Shown here in pieces: positions 62,461 to 64,000 of a stretch of 64,000 nucleotides of DNA. The DNA is from Camelus ferus. Taxonomy: Eukaryota. Position numbers and translations under genes: made by a program. Under the pieces are notes generated by a model. That model did not search any database. It was not told where the DNA came from and saw only the letters and a list, made by a program, of their open reading frames with translations. Where the stretch lies: positions 3,658,001 to 3,722,000 of the forward strand of contig NC_045725.1 in NCBI RefSeq assembly GCF_009834535.1. The letters are read 5' to 3'. How positions within the stretch are numbered: position 1 is the first letter of the stretch; each line of letters opens with the position of its first letter.

Positions 62461-63727
62461 GTGGGGGCAATTCAATGGGGGAAAGGATGGACCTTTCAAT
62501 CAACGGCAGTGAAACAACGGGATACCTGCGTGGAAAAAACACTGATTTAACTATACCCTTCCCTCACACCATACACAGAGATTCATTAACATGGATGACA
62601 GACCTCAATGTAAGAGCTAAAGCTATAAAAACAGTTTTGAAGAAATAAGAGTAAACCTTTGTGACGTGAGGTTAGGCTAAGAACTCATAGATAAAACACC
62701 AAAAGTACAAGTGATAAAAGGAAAAGTTGATCAATTGAACTTAATCAAAATTAAAGACTTTTTACTTCAGAATGTAACATTACTTTAGTAAAAAGGCAGC
62801 CCACAGACTGGGAGAAAATATTTGCAAATCATATGCACTAAAAAAGATTCGTATCCCACGTCTGTAAAGAATTCTCACAACTCAGTACTAAGAAGATAAA
62901 GAGCCCAACTGAAAATAGACAAAACATTCAAATAAGATTTTTCCCAGAGAAATATGCAAAATGGCCAATATGCACATGCAAAGACGCTCAATACGACTAG
63001 TCATTAGGTCAATGTAAATTAGAACTACAGTAGGATAGCAGTTCACACCCACTAGGGCTGCTGCCGTCAAAATGTCAGACAGCACTAAGGTTTGGTGAGG
63101 ATATGGAGAAACTGGTGCCTGTATGCATTGCTGGTGGGAATGTAAAACGGTGCAGCCGCTTTGGAAAACAGCTTAGCAGTCTCCGAAAAAACAAGAGGCA
63201 AATTTATCTCATGACACAGTAATCCTATCCCTAGGTATCTGCCCAAGGAAAATAAAAACATACATTCACACAAAGACTTCCACATGAATGTTCAGAGCAT
63301 CATTATTATTCATTATAATAATGCCCCAAAGTGGAAGCAAACATCCACCAACTGATGAACGAATACACAGAATGTCATATATACACCATAACCATTATTT
63401 GGCAATGGAAACAACACACTGATTCATGCAGCAACATGACGAAGCTCAAGACATGCTAAGTGAGAGGACCCAGGCACAAAAGACCACGTCGTCTGACTGT
63501 GTTTAGATGACAAGTCTAGAAAAGGCAAATCTGTAGAGACTGAAAGCAAATTAGTGGTGCTGAGGCAGAAATGGAGATTAGCTGTGAAAGGGCATAAAAA
63601 TTCACTGGGGTGAAGAAATAGTCTAAAACTGGATTACGGTGATAGTTTCATAAATACATAAAAATTATCAAATTGTATACTTAAAGCAAGAGCATTTTAT
63701 GGCATGTAAGTTGTACTTCAAGAAAAT
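62461..63727 (+). mobile_element. L1MB/L1MC-type ORF2 end plus 3' UTR
   Basis: gcaattcaatgggggaaaggatgg...cagacctcaatgtaagagctaaagctataaaac...cacagactgggagaaaatatttgcaaatc...attatcaaattgtatacttaaa. Confidence 0.9.
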
Positions 63728-64000
63728 GGCAGTGGGATAATCTCACTGGGAACAAATAGGAAATCTGGGTTATTGTCTACCTTTTTTTTTTTTTTTCCGG
63801 CCTGTAGGACTTACCAATGCTGCCAGGACTTGAGGGGCTAAGACTCCGGAGAAGAGAGATACTCAGTGAAAAGAGGCGAGAGCTGCATGTACCAGTTCTT
63901 AGTGTCAGGCAGGGGACCAAGCAGAAAACTGCAGCTAAAATTCAAAGAACCCAGCAGAGTGTTGGGCAGCCTCACAACGCTGGGCTGAGGGTAACTGGGC

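Overview
Mammalian non-coding DNA from a draft assembly with three N-gaps. It is most likely camelid (camel/alpaca/vicuna), judged from two vic-1-type tRNA-derived SINEs and cetartiodactyl/camelid-type L1 3' ends. I recognise no protein-coding exon, tRNA, rRNA or other structural RNA gene. The ORF-track entries are GC-rich open frames, L1 remnants or gap artefacts. The window looks like a GC-rich gene desert or very long intron. It holds layered old repeats (L1M, L2, MIR, MER20, MER5A, MER44/Tigger7, MLT1, LTR33), several gene-less CpG-rich patches, and AT-rich unique blocks dense in homeodomain, PBX/MEIS/HOX and POU motifs, consistent with a developmental enhancer landscape. The best leads are: (i) sharply localised AT-to-GC shifts inside old L1 copies, possibly fossil recombination/gBGC hotspots; (ii) AT-rich expansions built from chained short perfect palindromes; (iii) a cluster of perfect TALE/HOX 10-mers at 28.3-30.3 kb and a TAATTA/POU cluster at 56 kb; (iv) two independent L1 copies with the same 5' breakpoint; (v) a speculative two-exon minus-strand transcript with a 93-aa ORF at 37.3-38.4 kb. 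I see no convincing new biological system. Repeat family names come from remembered consensus sequences, boundaries are approximate, and all need RepeatMasker/Dfam confirmation.
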